61,535 nucleotides of DNA from a virus (lineage: Duplodnaviria; Caudoviricetes), in IMG/VR virus record IMGVR_UViG_3300021475_000014, positions 1 through 61,535 of that record; one strand, given 5' to 3'. Numbering within the stretch: the first letter of the stretch is position 1; every line of letters starts with the position of its first letter. The position numbers and the translations under genes were made by a program. The notes below the pieces were generated by a model. That model saw only the letters and a list, made by a program, of their open reading frames with translations, had not been told where the DNA came from and ran no database searches. Shown here piece after piece: positions 35,790 to 46,265 of the stretch.

Positions 35790-38700
35790 GTGACCACGCT
35801 CGGTCGGGCCTACATCGAAATCGTCGCCGATGGCAGCGGTTTCAGCACCAGCCTGCGCGAACAGGTCGAGAAGCAACTCAACACCGAGCTGAACGCCGCA
35901 GCGAAAGACGCCGGGGCCGAAGCCGGCGAAGTGGGCGGCAAGGAATTCACCACCGGCATGTCCAAGGGCATCAAAGACGGTGAATCCAAGGTGTCCACCG
36001 AGGCCGGCAAAGTCGGCGACAAGGCCGGCAAGTCGTTGCGTGCCAACCTCACCAAACAGACTAAGGATCTCGAAGACGACCTGGACAAGATCGGCAAGGG
36101 GTTCACCAAGCTGCTCAACCCGGTGACGTCGTTGGGCAAGGGCTTCGCCAACGTCACCAGACTGGCCTCCCTGCTCGTGGTCGGACTCGGCGCCATCGTC
36201 GGCGCCGCCTCCCTGGCCACCCCCGCGCTGCTGTCACTCGGCGCCGCAGTCGTCAGCCTCTCCGGCCTGGCTCTCGCGCTGCCGGCAGCGCTCGGCGCGC
36301 TGGGCGCCGCGTTCATCGGCGTTAAGTTCGCCGTGTCCGGCTTCTCCGACGCGCTGAAAGCCACCACCTCGGCGCAGTTCGACAAGGCCACACAGGACAT
36401 GGGTACCAACGCCAAGGCACTCGCCGGTGTGCTGCGTGACCTGCGTCCACAGTTCGTCGCCATCAAAGATGCCAGCCAGGAGGCATTCGCCGCCCAGGTC
36501 ATCGGCAACATCCGATCCACAGTGGCCGTCGTGTCCGGGCCGTTGAAGGCTGGTCTCGCCGTTGTCGGTGAAGAATTTGGTCGGCTCACCAATCAGGTGC
36601 TGGCCTTCATTCGTTCCGCGCAGGGCCTCACGCTGCTGCACGACTGGATCAGCAGTGGCGTCACATCCATTGACGCACTCAGTCTGGCTCTGCGCTCGAT
36701 CCTGCCTGGCATCGCCCGGTTGACCGCCGCGATGAAGCCTGCCCTCGACGGACTCATCATTCAGGCTGCTCTACTCGGCCAGAAGTTCGGTAATTGGCTG
36801 ATCGCCATCTCTGATAGCGGCAAGGCTGCGCAGTGGTTTCAGACCGCGCTCGACGTCCTCAAAGCACTCGGCACAGTCGTCGCCAACGTGGCCCGCATCT
36901 TCAAGCAACTCTTCGACGAGTCCGGGCAGAGCGCCACCGGCCTGTTGCAGACCATCGGACTCCTGACTGGCAGCCTCACCGCGTTCTTCTCCACCGCGTC
37001 CGGCCAGAAAGCCCTCGCGGCATTCTTCGATGGCCTGCGGCAGGTGTCTGCCGCGCTGTCCCCGATCATCGACGCGCTCGCCACATCGGTCGGCAAGGTC
37101 ATTCCACTGCTCGCCCAGGCCGTCGTCGCGCTCGCCCCCGGCATCGCCACATTCGTCTCCGCACTCGGTGATGCCCTGGCCAACCTCGGCCCCGCGATCA
37201 CGCCGGTTTTCAAGGCACTCTCCGACACCCTGATCGCCATCGCGCCAGTGCTGCCGGACTTGGCCACAGCGTTCGCCAACATGGTTCTGGCGATCGTGCC
37301 ACTGGTTCCGGCGCTGACACCGCTCGTCGTACTGCTCGCCCAGGACTTCACCGACGCGATTATCAACCTGACCCCGGCCATCCAGACTCTGGTCGGTTGG
37401 CTGTCGACTCTCGCCGGCTGGCTGGCCAATCACAAGGCCGCCTTTGACGCTGTCGTGATCTCCGTTCTCGCCCTCATTGGCGTCTATGAAACGCTGAAAG
37501 CCACCGTCAAGACGGTTCAGTTCGTCGGTGACGTTGCCGGTGCGCTATCCAAGATCGACGCGGTCTCGGCTGCCGTGCTGAAGCTGGCAGGACTCCAGAC
37601 GGCGGAGACTGCGTTCGCCGGAATCAGTGGCGAGATCGCTCTTTTGAGCACGCGCATCGGACTCTTGGGTCTAGCAATGCAGACCTTCATTCTGGAGACA
37701 ATTCCCGAACTGGTGACGTCGCTCGGCGTAGCGACAGCGTCGTTCCTCGAACTCGACCTTGCGATGGACGCCAACCCGATCGGCCTCATCGTCTTGGGCA
37801 TTGCTGCCCTCATCGCCATCATCGCCGCGCTGGTTGTCGGCATCATCGAGCTGGTCAAGCACTGGGACCAGGTGGTCGCATTCTTCAAGCGGCTGCCCGG
37901 CTACTTCGTGGACGCCTACAACGCGGTGAAGAACTTCGTCCTCGCGATCCCCGCGCTGTTCACCAACGCCTTCGATGCGGTGGTCGACTGGCTGAAAGAC
38001 ATCCCCGGTGCCGTCGCCGACTTCTTTGTCAGCATCGGCAAGTCGGTCGCCGATTTTGCGGAGTCGATCCCCGGCGCTGTCGTGTCGCTGCTGTCGGCCG
38101 CGTGGGACGGCATCAAGGGGTTCCTCGAATCGCTGCCGGGGCTTGCGGTTCAAGCGCTGAAGGATTTGTTTGACGCCATGCTGTTCTCCATCGGGGCCGG
38201 AATCGCTTTGGTGGTCGGCGTTTTCATCCTGCTGCCCATCAAGCTGGTTTCGCTTCTCATCGATGTGACACCGCAGGTACTGGCTTGGATCGGTGACCTG
38301 TTCGTCAAGCTCGGCGCTGCCATCGTCGCGGGCGCAGTGTTCGTCGCCAAACTGTGGTGGGACATGTTCACCACCATGATTGACCTTGCGGCACAAGGAC
38401 TTCAGGCCATTGCCGACTTCTTTGCCGCACTGCCAGGCCGAATCTGGGCCGCGATCGTGTCACTGTCCAAGACGCTGACCGACTTCTTCACCGGATTGTG
38501 GACGGATACGACCGGGATCGTATCGGCATGGCTCGATGCCATCGCCGACTTCTTTATCAAGCTCCCCGGCCGGATCTGGGCCGCCATCACGTCGCTGCCA
38601 GGCACACTGCACGGATTCTTCGTGGACATGTGGCACGACACCGTCTCGCTGGTGACAGCCTGGATCGACGCTATAGTCGACTTTTTCGTCAAACTCCCGG

Positions 38701-40100
38701 GCCGCATCTGGAACGCGGTGGTCAGTCTCTCGACCACACTGCACAACTTCTTCGTTGGATTGTGGAACGACACGAAGACCACTGTATCGAATTTCGTCAA
38801 TGATATCGTCGGATTCTTCCGAGGTCTGCCCGACTCCATCATGAACGCCCTGTCCGAACTGGGCGGCAAACTCGCACACCCCTTCAAAGAAGCCGTCAAC
38901 GCCGTCCTCGTCGTCCTCGACAAGCTGTACGGCGGCTTCTCCACGATCATCCACAAGTTCCCCGGCGGCGACGTCTTCCCCGACTCGCTCAACCTGCGGG
39001 CCAACTACGGATTCAACGCCGGTGGCGTCGTTCCCGGCACCGGCACCACCGACATCGTTCCAGCGATGCTCACCCCCGGCGAAGTGGTCCTCAACCGCGC
39101 CGCCGTGGCCCGGCTCGGCGGCGCATACGCGGCGAACACGCTCAACATCAAGGCACCGCAGCACTACGGCATCGGCGGCATCGTCGGCGGGATCGCTGAC
39201 GCCGCCTCGGATGCGTGGCAGAAAGCATTGGGGCTCGGCAAGGATGTGCTCCGATTCCTGTCCGACCCGTCCGGCTGGCTCACCGACGTCATCAACAACT
39301 CCGAACTGGGCAAGCTGTCCGGCAACTTCGGCGCCGCGCTGCGCAGCATCCCGGTCGGCGTCATGAACAAGGCCGTCGACAAGGCCAAGTCGATCGTCGG
39401 CGACGCCAAGGCTGCCGCGAAGACAGTCGGCGGCATCCTCGGATCGGCATTCTCCGGAGTCCGCAGCCTGTTCGGTGGCGGCGACGGCAGTGGCGCGGCC
39501 ACCGTCGGCGGCAGCCTCGGCGCCTGGATTAACCAGGCCATCGCGTTGACCGGGGTACCCGCGAGTTGGGCCGGACCGTTGAGCGTCCTGATCGGACGCG
39601 AGTCCGGCGGCAACCCCCGGGCCATCAACCTGACCGACTCCAACGCCGCCATGGGTGACCCGTCGCGCGGCCTCATGCAGACCATCGGCTCCACGTTCGA
39701 GGCGTACCGGCTGCGGACGCTGGTGGACGACATCTACGACCCGGTAGCCAACATCGTCGCCGGCATCCGCTACATCCTGTCCCGCTACGGCTCCATCTTC
39801 AACGTGCAGCAGGCCAACGCGAACCTGCCGCCGATGGGCTACTCGCAGGGCGGCTACATCCCCACCGCCCAGTTGGCGATGCTGCACGCCAACGAGCTGG
39901 TGCTGCCCCTGTCCCAGCCGGCCCGGGTCATGCAGCTCGCCCGCGACCACGGCGTCAGCCAAATGGTCGGCGGGACGGCCACCGCGGGTTCCACCGTCAT
40001 CAATGCGCCGATCACCGTGAACGCCCCGCAGGTCAACCCGGAAAACGTGGCCTTCCGGGTGAGCGCGCAGATCGCCCGACTCGCCACGGCAGGGGTGTGA
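35790..40100 (+). CDS. tape measure protein with C-terminal lytic transglycosylase domain
   Basis: 1436 aa, Ala/Leu-rich helical repeats; RESGGNPRAINL.DSNA..G.PSRGLMQTI..TF; DPVANI.A.IRYI..RYG. Confidence 0.93.
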   Translation: MTTLGRAYIEIVADGSGFSTSLREQVEKQLNTELNAAAKDAGAEAGEVGGKEFTTGMSKGIKDGESKVSTEAGKVGDKAGKSLRANLTKQTKDLEDDLDKIGKGFTKLLNPVTSLGKGFANVTRLASLLVVGLGAIVGAASLATPALLSLGAAVVSLSGLALALPAALGALGAAFIGVKFAVSGFSDALKATTSAQFDKATQDMGTNAKALAGVLRDLRPQFVAIKDASQEAFAAQVIGNIRSTVAVVSGPLKAGLAVVGEEFGRLTNQVLAFIRSAQGLTLLHDWISSGVTSIDALSLALRSILPGIARLTAAMKPALDGLIIQAALLGQKFGNWLIAISDSGKAAQWFQTALDVLKALGTVVANVARIFKQLFDESGQSATGLLQTIGLLTGSLTAFFSTASGQKALAAFFDGLRQVSAALSPIIDALATSVGKVIPLLAQAVVALAPGIATFVSALGDALANLGPAITPVFKALSDTLIAIAPVLPDLATAFANMVLAIVPLVPALTPLVVLLAQDFTDAIINLTPAIQTLVGWLSTLAGWLANHKAAFDAVVISVLALIGVYETLKATVKTVQFVGDVAGALSKIDAVSAAVLKLAGLQTAETAFAGISGEIALLSTRIGLLGLAMQTFILETIPELVTSLGVATASFLELDLAMDANPIGLIVLGIAALIAIIAALVVGIIELVKHWDQVVAFFKRLPGYFVDAYNAVKNFVLAIPALFTNAFDAVVDWLKDIPGAVADFFVSIGKSVADFAESIPGAVVSLLSAAWDGIKGFLESLPGLAVQALKDLFDAMLFSIGAGIALVVGVFILLPIKLVSLLIDVTPQVLAWIGDLFVKLGAAIVAGAVFVAKLWWDMFTTMIDLAAQGLQAIADFFAALPGRIWAAIVSLSKTLTDFFTGLWTDTTGIVSAWLDAIADFFIKLPGRIWAAITSLPGTLHGFFVDMWHDTVSLVTAWIDAIVDFFVKLPGRIWNAVVSLSTTLHNFFVGLWNDTKTTVSNFVNDIVGFFRGLPDSIMNALSELGGKLAHPFKEAVNAVLVVLDKLYGGFSTIIHKFPGGDVFPDSLNLRANYGFNAGGVVPGTGTTDIVPAMLTPGEVVLNRAAVARLGGAYAANTLNIKAPQHYGIGGIVGGIADAASDAWQKALGLGKDVLRFLSDPSGWLTDVINNSELGKLSGNFGAALRSIPVGVMNKAVDKAKSIVGDAKAAAKTVGGILGSAFSGVRSLFGGGDGSGAATVGGSLGAWINQAIALTGVPASWAGPLSVLIGRESGGNPRAINLTDSNAAMGDPSRGLMQTIGSTFEAYRLRTLVDDIYDPVANIVAGIRYILSRYGSIFNVQQANANLPPMGYSQGGYIPTAQLAMLHANELVLPLSQPARVMQLARDHGVSQMVGGTATAGSTVINAPITVNAPQVNPENVAFRVSAQIARLATAGV

Positions 40101-41527
40101 TCGGCGTGTACGAGGGCTACCTGAGCATGGCCGGCGTCGAGTTGGTCAACAACGAGCGGACCGCCACCTACGCCCGCACGCTGGGCATCACCGCCATCAA
40201 CTGCCCGCCGTGCACGATCGCACCGGCCCTAGACGAACCGCCCTACACCACGCCCACCGCCGACGCGGCACCCTGGTTCGATCCGTACGCCCCCGAGTCG
40301 GGCGGCTTCGCCGGTTTCTTCGGCTTGCAGGTGCGGGGCTTCAACTCTTCACCCATCACCCGCACCCCGATTGAGCGCCTCGGCGACGGCGCAGTCATCA
40401 CCCGCGCCCGCTACAACCACCGTGAGGTGGTCTACACCGGCGTCGCCATGGCGGTGGACCAGTGTTCGCTGTCCTACGGCCTGGCGTGGCTCTCAACGGC
40501 CCTGCGCGGCTCCACCTGCAATCCCTGCGGCGGTGTCGAAGCCTGCGCCTACACCTGCTGCCCCACTCCGGAAAACGAAGAGAGCACCATCCGGACGATG
40601 GCGCAGGTCGGCGTCCTGGAAGGCCCCATCACCAACCGCGTTGCGGCACTCGGCCGCAAATGCGGCGGCACCGACCAGCCGGTCATCGCCGAAGTCGAGT
40701 TCACGCTGATCCTCGGCCGGCCATGGCTGTACCGCAGCCCGATCCCCATCATCACCGGCGTCTCCCCACCCCCCGGACAGAACTGCGGCGCCGTCGGGCA
40801 GAGCTGGGACAGCGTGGCCGCCACCTTCGCCACGTGGGACGACGTCGACTTTGGCGTAGCCAACTGGAACGAGCTGGCCGACGAGCCCGAATGTGTCCAG
40901 TGGAACGGGCAAGGCTGCCCCAACGATCCCGGCGAATACGACCAGTTCGGCTGTTCCCGGCTGGCCGGGCACTCCTGCGCTGAGGACCCGGAACGCCCCG
41001 TCGACTGCCCGGAGCCACCGGCCCCGCCGAGCGTGCCACGCCCTTACGACCCGTGCGCGGTCTGTTTCGACGGCCCCAACACCAAAACCGCGTCGGTCAC
41101 GGTGCCACCGAACGCGACCCCCGCGTGGCTGGACCAGGTGCCCCTGATCGAAGTCACCACCGGCACACAGCCGGCGCGGGCCATCCTGCTGCGCTTCTAC
41201 AGCAACCCCACCGGCGCAACCGGCGTGTGCGACCCCAATCTGCTCGACCCGTGCACCGCCTGCGCCACCATGGCCATCCCGTACGTCCCGCCCGGCGCCA
41301 CCCTCACCGTGGACGGCCGCGACTTCACCGCCTCGCTGGACTGCGACGGCGGACGCGGCACAGCCGTCATCGATGACTCCACCGGCATTTTCGGTCCCAA
41401 CGGTCGCCCGTACACGTGGCCCGTCTTTGACTGCAACGGTTTCTGCGTCACTTTCACGGTGCCGTGCGACTTCCCCGACGACGTGTTGGTCAACGTGTCC
41501 GTTGTGGCCCGGGAGGACGCGGCATGA
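40097..41527 (+). CDS. minor tail protein (distal-tail position)
   Basis: coupled to TMP; Cys-rich; Y.PPGATLTVDG. Confidence 0.7.
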   Translation: MIGVYEGYLSMAGVELVNNERTATYARTLGITAINCPPCTIAPALDEPPYTTPTADAAPWFDPYAPESGGFAGFFGLQVRGFNSSPITRTPIERLGDGAVITRARYNHREVVYTGVAMAVDQCSLSYGLAWLSTALRGSTCNPCGGVEACAYTCCPTPENEESTIRTMAQVGVLEGPITNRVAALGRKCGGTDQPVIAEVEFTLILGRPWLYRSPIPIITGVSPPPGQNCGAVGQSWDSVAATFATWDDVDFGVANWNELADEPECVQWNGQGCPNDPGEYDQFGCSRLAGHSCAEDPERPVDCPEPPAPPSVPRPYDPCAVCFDGPNTKTASVTVPPNATPAWLDQVPLIEVTTGTQPARAILLRFYSNPTGATGVCDPNLLDPCTACATMAIPYVPPGATLTVDGRDFTASLDCDGGRGTAVIDDSTGIFGPNGRPYTWPVFDCNGFCVTFTVPCDFPDDVLVNVSVVAREDAA

Positions 41528-41910
41528 GCGTCTACACCCTCCACATCCCGGCCCCGGATGATTTCATCAACGCCAACCAGCGCCAACACCGCTACGGTGT
41601 GGCCAGCCGCACCCGTAACTGGCGCCAGGCCGGCGCCCAATACGCCCGCAGCCAGAAACTGCCCAAGCTGCAACGCGCCCGGATCGTCGCCGAACTGCAC
41701 TTCGCCGACGCCCGCCAGCGCGATGACCACAACTATTTCGGCACCATCAAGGCCCTCATCGATGGCGTCGTCGGCGACTACGGCCTGCTGCCCAACGACA
41801 ACGCCGACCACCTCGTGGGTGTGGAGTTGCGACGCGGTGCACCGTTGCCCCGCAAGCGTTACGGCCCGACCGGCGCGGTCACCCTCATCATCGAAGAGGT
41901 GACGTCGTGA
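41524..41910 (+). CDS. RusA-like Holliday junction resolvase
   Basis: INAN.R.H, R.RD.HN...T.KALIDG....G.LP.DN. Confidence 0.7.
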   Translation: MSVYTLHIPAPDDFINANQRQHRYGVASRTRNWRQAGAQYARSQKLPKLQRARIVAELHFADARQRDDHNYFGTIKALIDGVVGDYGLLPNDNADHLVGVELRRGAPLPRKRYGPTGAVTLIIEEVTS

Positions 41911-42986
41911 CCCACATGGCGCAGCTCGGCTGCCCGTCGGGCTACATGGCTGTCGTCTACCGGCGCGGCGGCGACCACCCCACCTACAACCTGCGCGGCC
42001 TCACCCAAGTCAACTGGTCCCGCAAGCTCGACGCCATCTCCACCGCCCAGGTCACCATCGCGAAAATGTCGGCCGGCGCAGACTGCTGCGCCGGGATCGG
42101 CCAGACCCAACCGTGGTCACACGAGCTGGGCATCTTCCGCGACAACGACCTCATGTGGCAGGGACCCGTCCAGACCATCACCGAGGACAAGGACTACGTC
42201 ACCATCACCGCCGCTGACGTCGTGGCCTGGATGGGTGTGCGCTACAACCGGGACGCCTACGACTTCATCAACAGCGGCATGGACCAGACCGACATCGCCC
42301 TGTACTTCATCAACCAGGCGTTCGCCCCCGACGACCCGCACGTGCGTGAGTTCGTCGTCTCGCGACCCACCGGCGCCACATACCAGGCGCCGCAACACAA
42401 TGCGTACACCACCACGTGGGGCGCGGCACTCGACGACCTCGCCAAACAGGATCTGGACTACACCACCGTGGGGCGACGCATCATCGTCGGCGGGGACCTG
42501 TCCCCGCTCTCACCGCACCTGGCGTTGTCGGACACCGCGTTCCTGGCCAACCTGCAAGTCATCATGGACGGCGGCCAGTTGGCCACCCGGTTCTGCGCAT
42601 CCGGCCAGGAGGGCGCCAACGTCGCCTGCGTCGGCGGGGTCGACAAGTTCTACGGTCTGGTCGAGCGGATGGTGTCGGCCGACTCCATCACCTCCGAATG
42701 GGACGCCCTCTACAACGCCCAGTCCGAATACAACGTGTCCTACCCGCAGCCCGTGGTCATCACCGTCCCGTCCGGCGCCAGCCTTGCCGACACCGCACCC
42801 ATCGGTATCGACCAGCTCGTCTGCGGAGCCCGCATTGACGTGGCACTGGAAAGCTTCTGCCGCGACATCGGCCAACCCATGCGCCTCACCTCTGTGAACG
42901 TGGCGTGGGACGGACAGTTCGAAACCGTCGGGGTCAACCTCGATCCGTTCGTCGGCTCCAGCCGCACCGCAGTGTTGGGGCAATGA
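41907..42986 (+). CDS. minor tail protein (tail-tip hub-like)
   Basis: V.WSR.LD.IS.A.V, WSHEL.I.RD....W.GP; position in tail module. Confidence 0.7.
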   Translation: MTHMAQLGCPSGYMAVVYRRGGDHPTYNLRGLTQVNWSRKLDAISTAQVTIAKMSAGADCCAGIGQTQPWSHELGIFRDNDLMWQGPVQTITEDKDYVTITAADVVAWMGVRYNRDAYDFINSGMDQTDIALYFINQAFAPDDPHVREFVVSRPTGATYQAPQHNAYTTTWGAALDDLAKQDLDYTTVGRRIIVGGDLSPLSPHLALSDTAFLANLQVIMDGGQLATRFCASGQEGANVACVGGVDKFYGLVERMVSADSITSEWDALYNAQSEYNVSYPQPVVITVPSGASLADTAPIGIDQLVCGARIDVALESFCRDIGQPMRLTSVNVAWDGQFETVGVNLDPFVGSSRTAVLGQ

Positions 42987-42987
42987 C

Positions 42988-43206
42988 ATGCCAACCCCCG
43001 ATTTTGTGGCGATGGCCGCCGACCACGAGGCGCTCGGGCTGTACCTGTCCCGCCTGGAACTGCGGGTCCAAGAGTTGGAGCGCCGCACCATCGGTTCGGG
43101 CCAACGCATCACGCTGGGCGGCTTCACGCTTTCCGCCGCCGGCAACACCCTCATCGCCACACGTCTCAGTGACGGGGCAACCCGCGTTGTCGCGGATTTC
43201 AGCTAG
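42988..43206 (+). CDS. small tail-module protein
   Basis: LELRVQELERR; between minor tail genes. Confidence 0.6.
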   Translation: MPTPDFVAMAADHEALGLYLSRLELRVQELERRTIGSGQRITLGGFTLSAAGNTLIATRLSDGATRVVADFS

Positions 43207-43218
43207 GGAAGGTTGGAC

Positions 43219-43821
43219 ATGGTAGCCATCTGCACAGGACCGGCCTTCGCCACCGACGACGCGGGCAACCTCATCCTCGCCGGGGAACGGCGGCTGGCCA
43301 ACCCATCCCCCTGCGCCCTGAAGGATGCCAACGGCCTCTACACCGACCCGAGCGGCGGCGTGTGGACCCCGGACCAGTTGGCAGTTCCCGTCTTTCAGGA
43401 ACTGAACGTCAACCCGTCGGCGACCGTTCCCGGCAACTCCACCGTCATCACCGCAGCCTCGGTGCGCTTCACCGTCACCAACCCCAACTGCTGGGCCGTG
43501 GTGATGAACCTGAACGCCACCATCAACATCTGGGCCGACATCCTCGTCGGTGGCGACATGGTGATGGAGACGCAAGTCAGCGTCGGCACCGGCACCCCCT
43601 GGTGGTGGACGGTCGCCTCCGCCAACTACTACCCGCAGGCTGGCGCACCCGGCTTGTGGCGCTGGTTCCCGTCGACGTTCCGGCCCATCCAACCGTTCCG
43701 GCTGGAATCACACGGCAGCACATACATCGACATGCAGGTCCGCGTCACCGGCAACGGTGCCGGCGGCACGTTCAACGCCGTCGCGCACCTGCTCACCGGC
43801 TGCGGCTACACCGTCATCTGA
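43219..43821 (+). CDS. minor tail protein
   Basis: position; beta-rich. Confidence 0.6.
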   Translation: MVAICTGPAFATDDAGNLILAGERRLANPSPCALKDANGLYTDPSGGVWTPDQLAVPVFQELNVNPSATVPGNSTVITAASVRFTVTNPNCWAVVMNLNATINIWADILVGGDMVMETQVSVGTGTPWWWTVASANYYPQAGAPGLWRWFPSTFRPIQPFRLESHGSTYIDMQVRVTGNGAGGTFNAVAHLLTGCGYTVI

Positions 43822-43834
43822 AGGGAGGCACCCA

Positions 43835-44803
43835 ATGGCACGCTGTGGATGCTCCGGCACCTGCGCATGCGTACTCACCACCGACAACTCGTTGTCGTTG
43901 TCCGGCAACGGTTCCGGCCAGTCGCCGTGGCTGCTGCGGGTGGTGCCCAACTGTGACGCCACCATGGAATGCCTGAACGGGCGCACCGACGAACCGCTGG
44001 ACGTCACCAACGGCCGGCTGGGCGTCAAGGTGTCCGAGGACGACGACCAGGTACTCACCACCGGCTCGGACGGCGGCCTCTACGTTCCCGGCTGCGCGGC
44101 CGGCGCCGTGGCGATCGGCGACACGTCCACCGTGGACCTGTCCGGCGCCGGGCAGGTCGGAAACCCGCTCACCGCAACATGGTTGGGCAACACCGTCACC
44201 AACACCCCCGACACCGGGGTCCGCATCGAAGGCAACGGAACGCCGGCCGCACCGCTGCACGCCAACTGGGGCGGCATCAACATGGCCGTCGTCAACCCGG
44301 AGATCACCGCCAGCGGCAACGGCACCCCCACCTCCCCACTGACACTGGCCTGGTCCGGGCTGCCATGGAGCAAGTTCCAAGCACAGAACCTGGATATCGT
44401 CACCGGCGCCACCAGCATCCCCATCCCCAACTGGACGCTGTACGGCGGCCACGGCGGCAGCCTCATGGTTGTGGGCGGAAGTGTTGCAGGCCAACCAAAC
44501 GCGCTGTTCACCTGCCAGCGCTCCGGCTCCTACATCGTGCTGTTCCGGCTGCGGTTCCTGCTCACCCCCGCCGCCCCCACCGTCGGCGGCTACATGCAGG
44601 TCAACTACAACCGCGTCGATGTCGCCGGCAGCACCTTCGACGCCATCGTCAACTCCTACAACGCCGGCTGGATCGACCTGAACTACGTCGAGCAGGTGTC
44701 GATGGTCGCCGGCCGCACCTACGACTACACCCTGTTCAACAACACCGGCGCGCACGGTACCGGCGGATACGCCTGGACCACATTCTTCCGGATCAGTGAC
44801 TGA
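43835..44803 (+). CDS. tail fibre/receptor-binding-like protein
   Basis: GGAGG RBS; MARCGC; four G.G....P[LW] repeats; beta-rich C-terminus. Confidence 0.65.
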   Translation: MARCGCSGTCACVLTTDNSLSLSGNGSGQSPWLLRVVPNCDATMECLNGRTDEPLDVTNGRLGVKVSEDDDQVLTTGSDGGLYVPGCAAGAVAIGDTSTVDLSGAGQVGNPLTATWLGNTVTNTPDTGVRIEGNGTPAAPLHANWGGINMAVVNPEITASGNGTPTSPLTLAWSGLPWSKFQAQNLDIVTGATSIPIPNWTLYGGHGGSLMVVGGSVAGQPNALFTCQRSGSYIVLFRLRFLLTPAAPTVGGYMQVNYNRVDVAGSTFDAIVNSYNAGWIDLNYVEQVSMVAGRTYDYTLFNNTGAHGTGGYAWTTFFRISD

Positions 44804-44834
44804 CAAAGGTGCGGGGAAAGTTGAGGGATCCACT

Positions 44835-45809
44835 ATGACGAGCGCACCACCCGACCTGCTCGGACTCCGCTCCCAACTCCAAGGCATCACCGGCCTGAGC
44901 GCAGTCCAGCTCGGCATCGTCGGAGACGTTGCCCACGCCGCCCGGGGCGGCTACCACATGGCCAAGCCACACGTCTCGGCCGGCTCCGACTACTCCACCA
45001 CCCTGACCCGCGACCGCAACGGCCTGAGCGGATACGCCAGCGCCCTGGACATCGGCTACAAGTGGCCCAAGGGCGGCAGCCCCGCCTGGCTGCGGTTCAA
45101 CAACACCCTCGCGGCGCAGCTACGCACCAACAACATCCTGGCTGCCGTCCGGGCCATCAACTACTCGCCGGACGGCAAAGCGAAAATTCGAATCGACCGG
45201 CAGAACGGCTTCGCCAACCAGTCCACCTCGGACACCGTCGATGTCCACACCCACATCGAGTGGTACCGCGACACCGAAGGCAACCGCTCCGCCGGGTTGA
45301 ACTACATCGCTCAGATAGCCCAGAGCGCGGTCAGCAACTCGCCGATTCCCCCGTCCCCGTCGACACCAAAGGAGACAGACGTGCCTTTCCTTGCCCAGGC
45401 CGGATCCACGCCCGGCACCACCACCCAGTACTACCTGTGCGACGGCTTCCGGTCGGCGACCATCACCAAGGACCGGGCCACACTGCTGGCCTACATCGCC
45501 ACCAGCTCCTACGGTTCGGCCCTGACGTTCGGTCGCGCCACCGACGGGAAAGACAACCCGGAGTGGACCTACCTCGGCAACCTGCACGGCATCGTGCGCA
45601 TGGGCTGGAACGCCACCTTCGGCCCGGCCGTCGCCGACAACGCCGGCAACTTCGGCGTCACCATGACCGACGAGCAGATCGACGTCATCGCCACCAAGGT
45701 CGCCGACGCGGTCAGCGAGCAGACCGGCCTGTCCTACGACGACACCGTGAAGGCCGCGCAGCAGGCGCTGCGTGAAGGCGGTGGGATGCCATCGGCCGCT
45801 ACTTCGTAG
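44835..45809 (+). CDS. endolysin (putative Zn peptidase)
   Basis: GIVGD.AH...GYH, ASALDIG, HTHIE Zn-ligand pattern; follows tail genes. Confidence 0.65.
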   Translation: MTSAPPDLLGLRSQLQGITGLSAVQLGIVGDVAHAARGGYHMAKPHVSAGSDYSTTLTRDRNGLSGYASALDIGYKWPKGGSPAWLRFNNTLAAQLRTNNILAAVRAINYSPDGKAKIRIDRQNGFANQSTSDTVDVHTHIEWYRDTEGNRSAGLNYIAQIAQSAVSNSPIPPSPSTPKETDVPFLAQAGSTPGTTTQYYLCDGFRSATITKDRATLLAYIATSSYGSALTFGRATDGKDNPEWTYLGNLHGIVRMGWNATFGPAVADNAGNFGVTMTDEQIDVIATKVADAVSEQTGLSYDDTVKAAQQALREGGGMPSAATS

Positions 45810-45873
45810 CCGCACTGGTCGGCGTCGCACTGGGACTGATCATCTTCCAGGTCTACTTCGGAGTGCAGCCGCA

Positions 45874-46056
45874 GTGAAAATTCTTATCGCGGTGCTGACC
45901 GTGTTGGCCATTCTGGCGTGGGTGCTGGTCGAAACGCGCCGGCCCACGTACCACTTCCGGTGCCAGGGCACGACTGGGGTGTATGTCGGCACGCACGGCC
46001 CGCCCAATGTGGAGCCCTACGATCCGTCCTGTACCGGCATCCAGCTCGGGGGCTGA
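45874..46056 (+). CDS. small membrane-anchored protein
   Basis: N-terminal TM helix; after lysin. Confidence 0.5.
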   Translation: MKILIAVLTVLAILAWVLVETRRPTYHFRCQGTTGVYVGTHGPPNVEPYDPSCTGIQLGG

Positions 46057-46060
46057 CCTG

Positions 46061-46174
46061 GTGAACAACGGGCGTCCCAGCCGGTACGGTGCGATCATCT
46101 TCGCCGGCATCGTCCTCGTCGTGCTCGCGTTCGTCTGCCTCGTCGCACTCCATTTCGGCGAAGTTCAACGGTAA
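46061..46174 (+). CDS. small membrane protein
   Basis: single TM helix; after lysin. Confidence 0.45.
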   Translation: MNNGRPSRYGAIIFAGIVLVVLAFVCLVALHFGEVQR

Positions 46175-46265
46175 ACGGGCATACCGGCGATACACTGGCG
46201 GTGCCCGTGAGAAGGCATGGTGGGGCCGATGGGGAGCGCGCGACGTGGGCGAGCGCTCCCCATCC

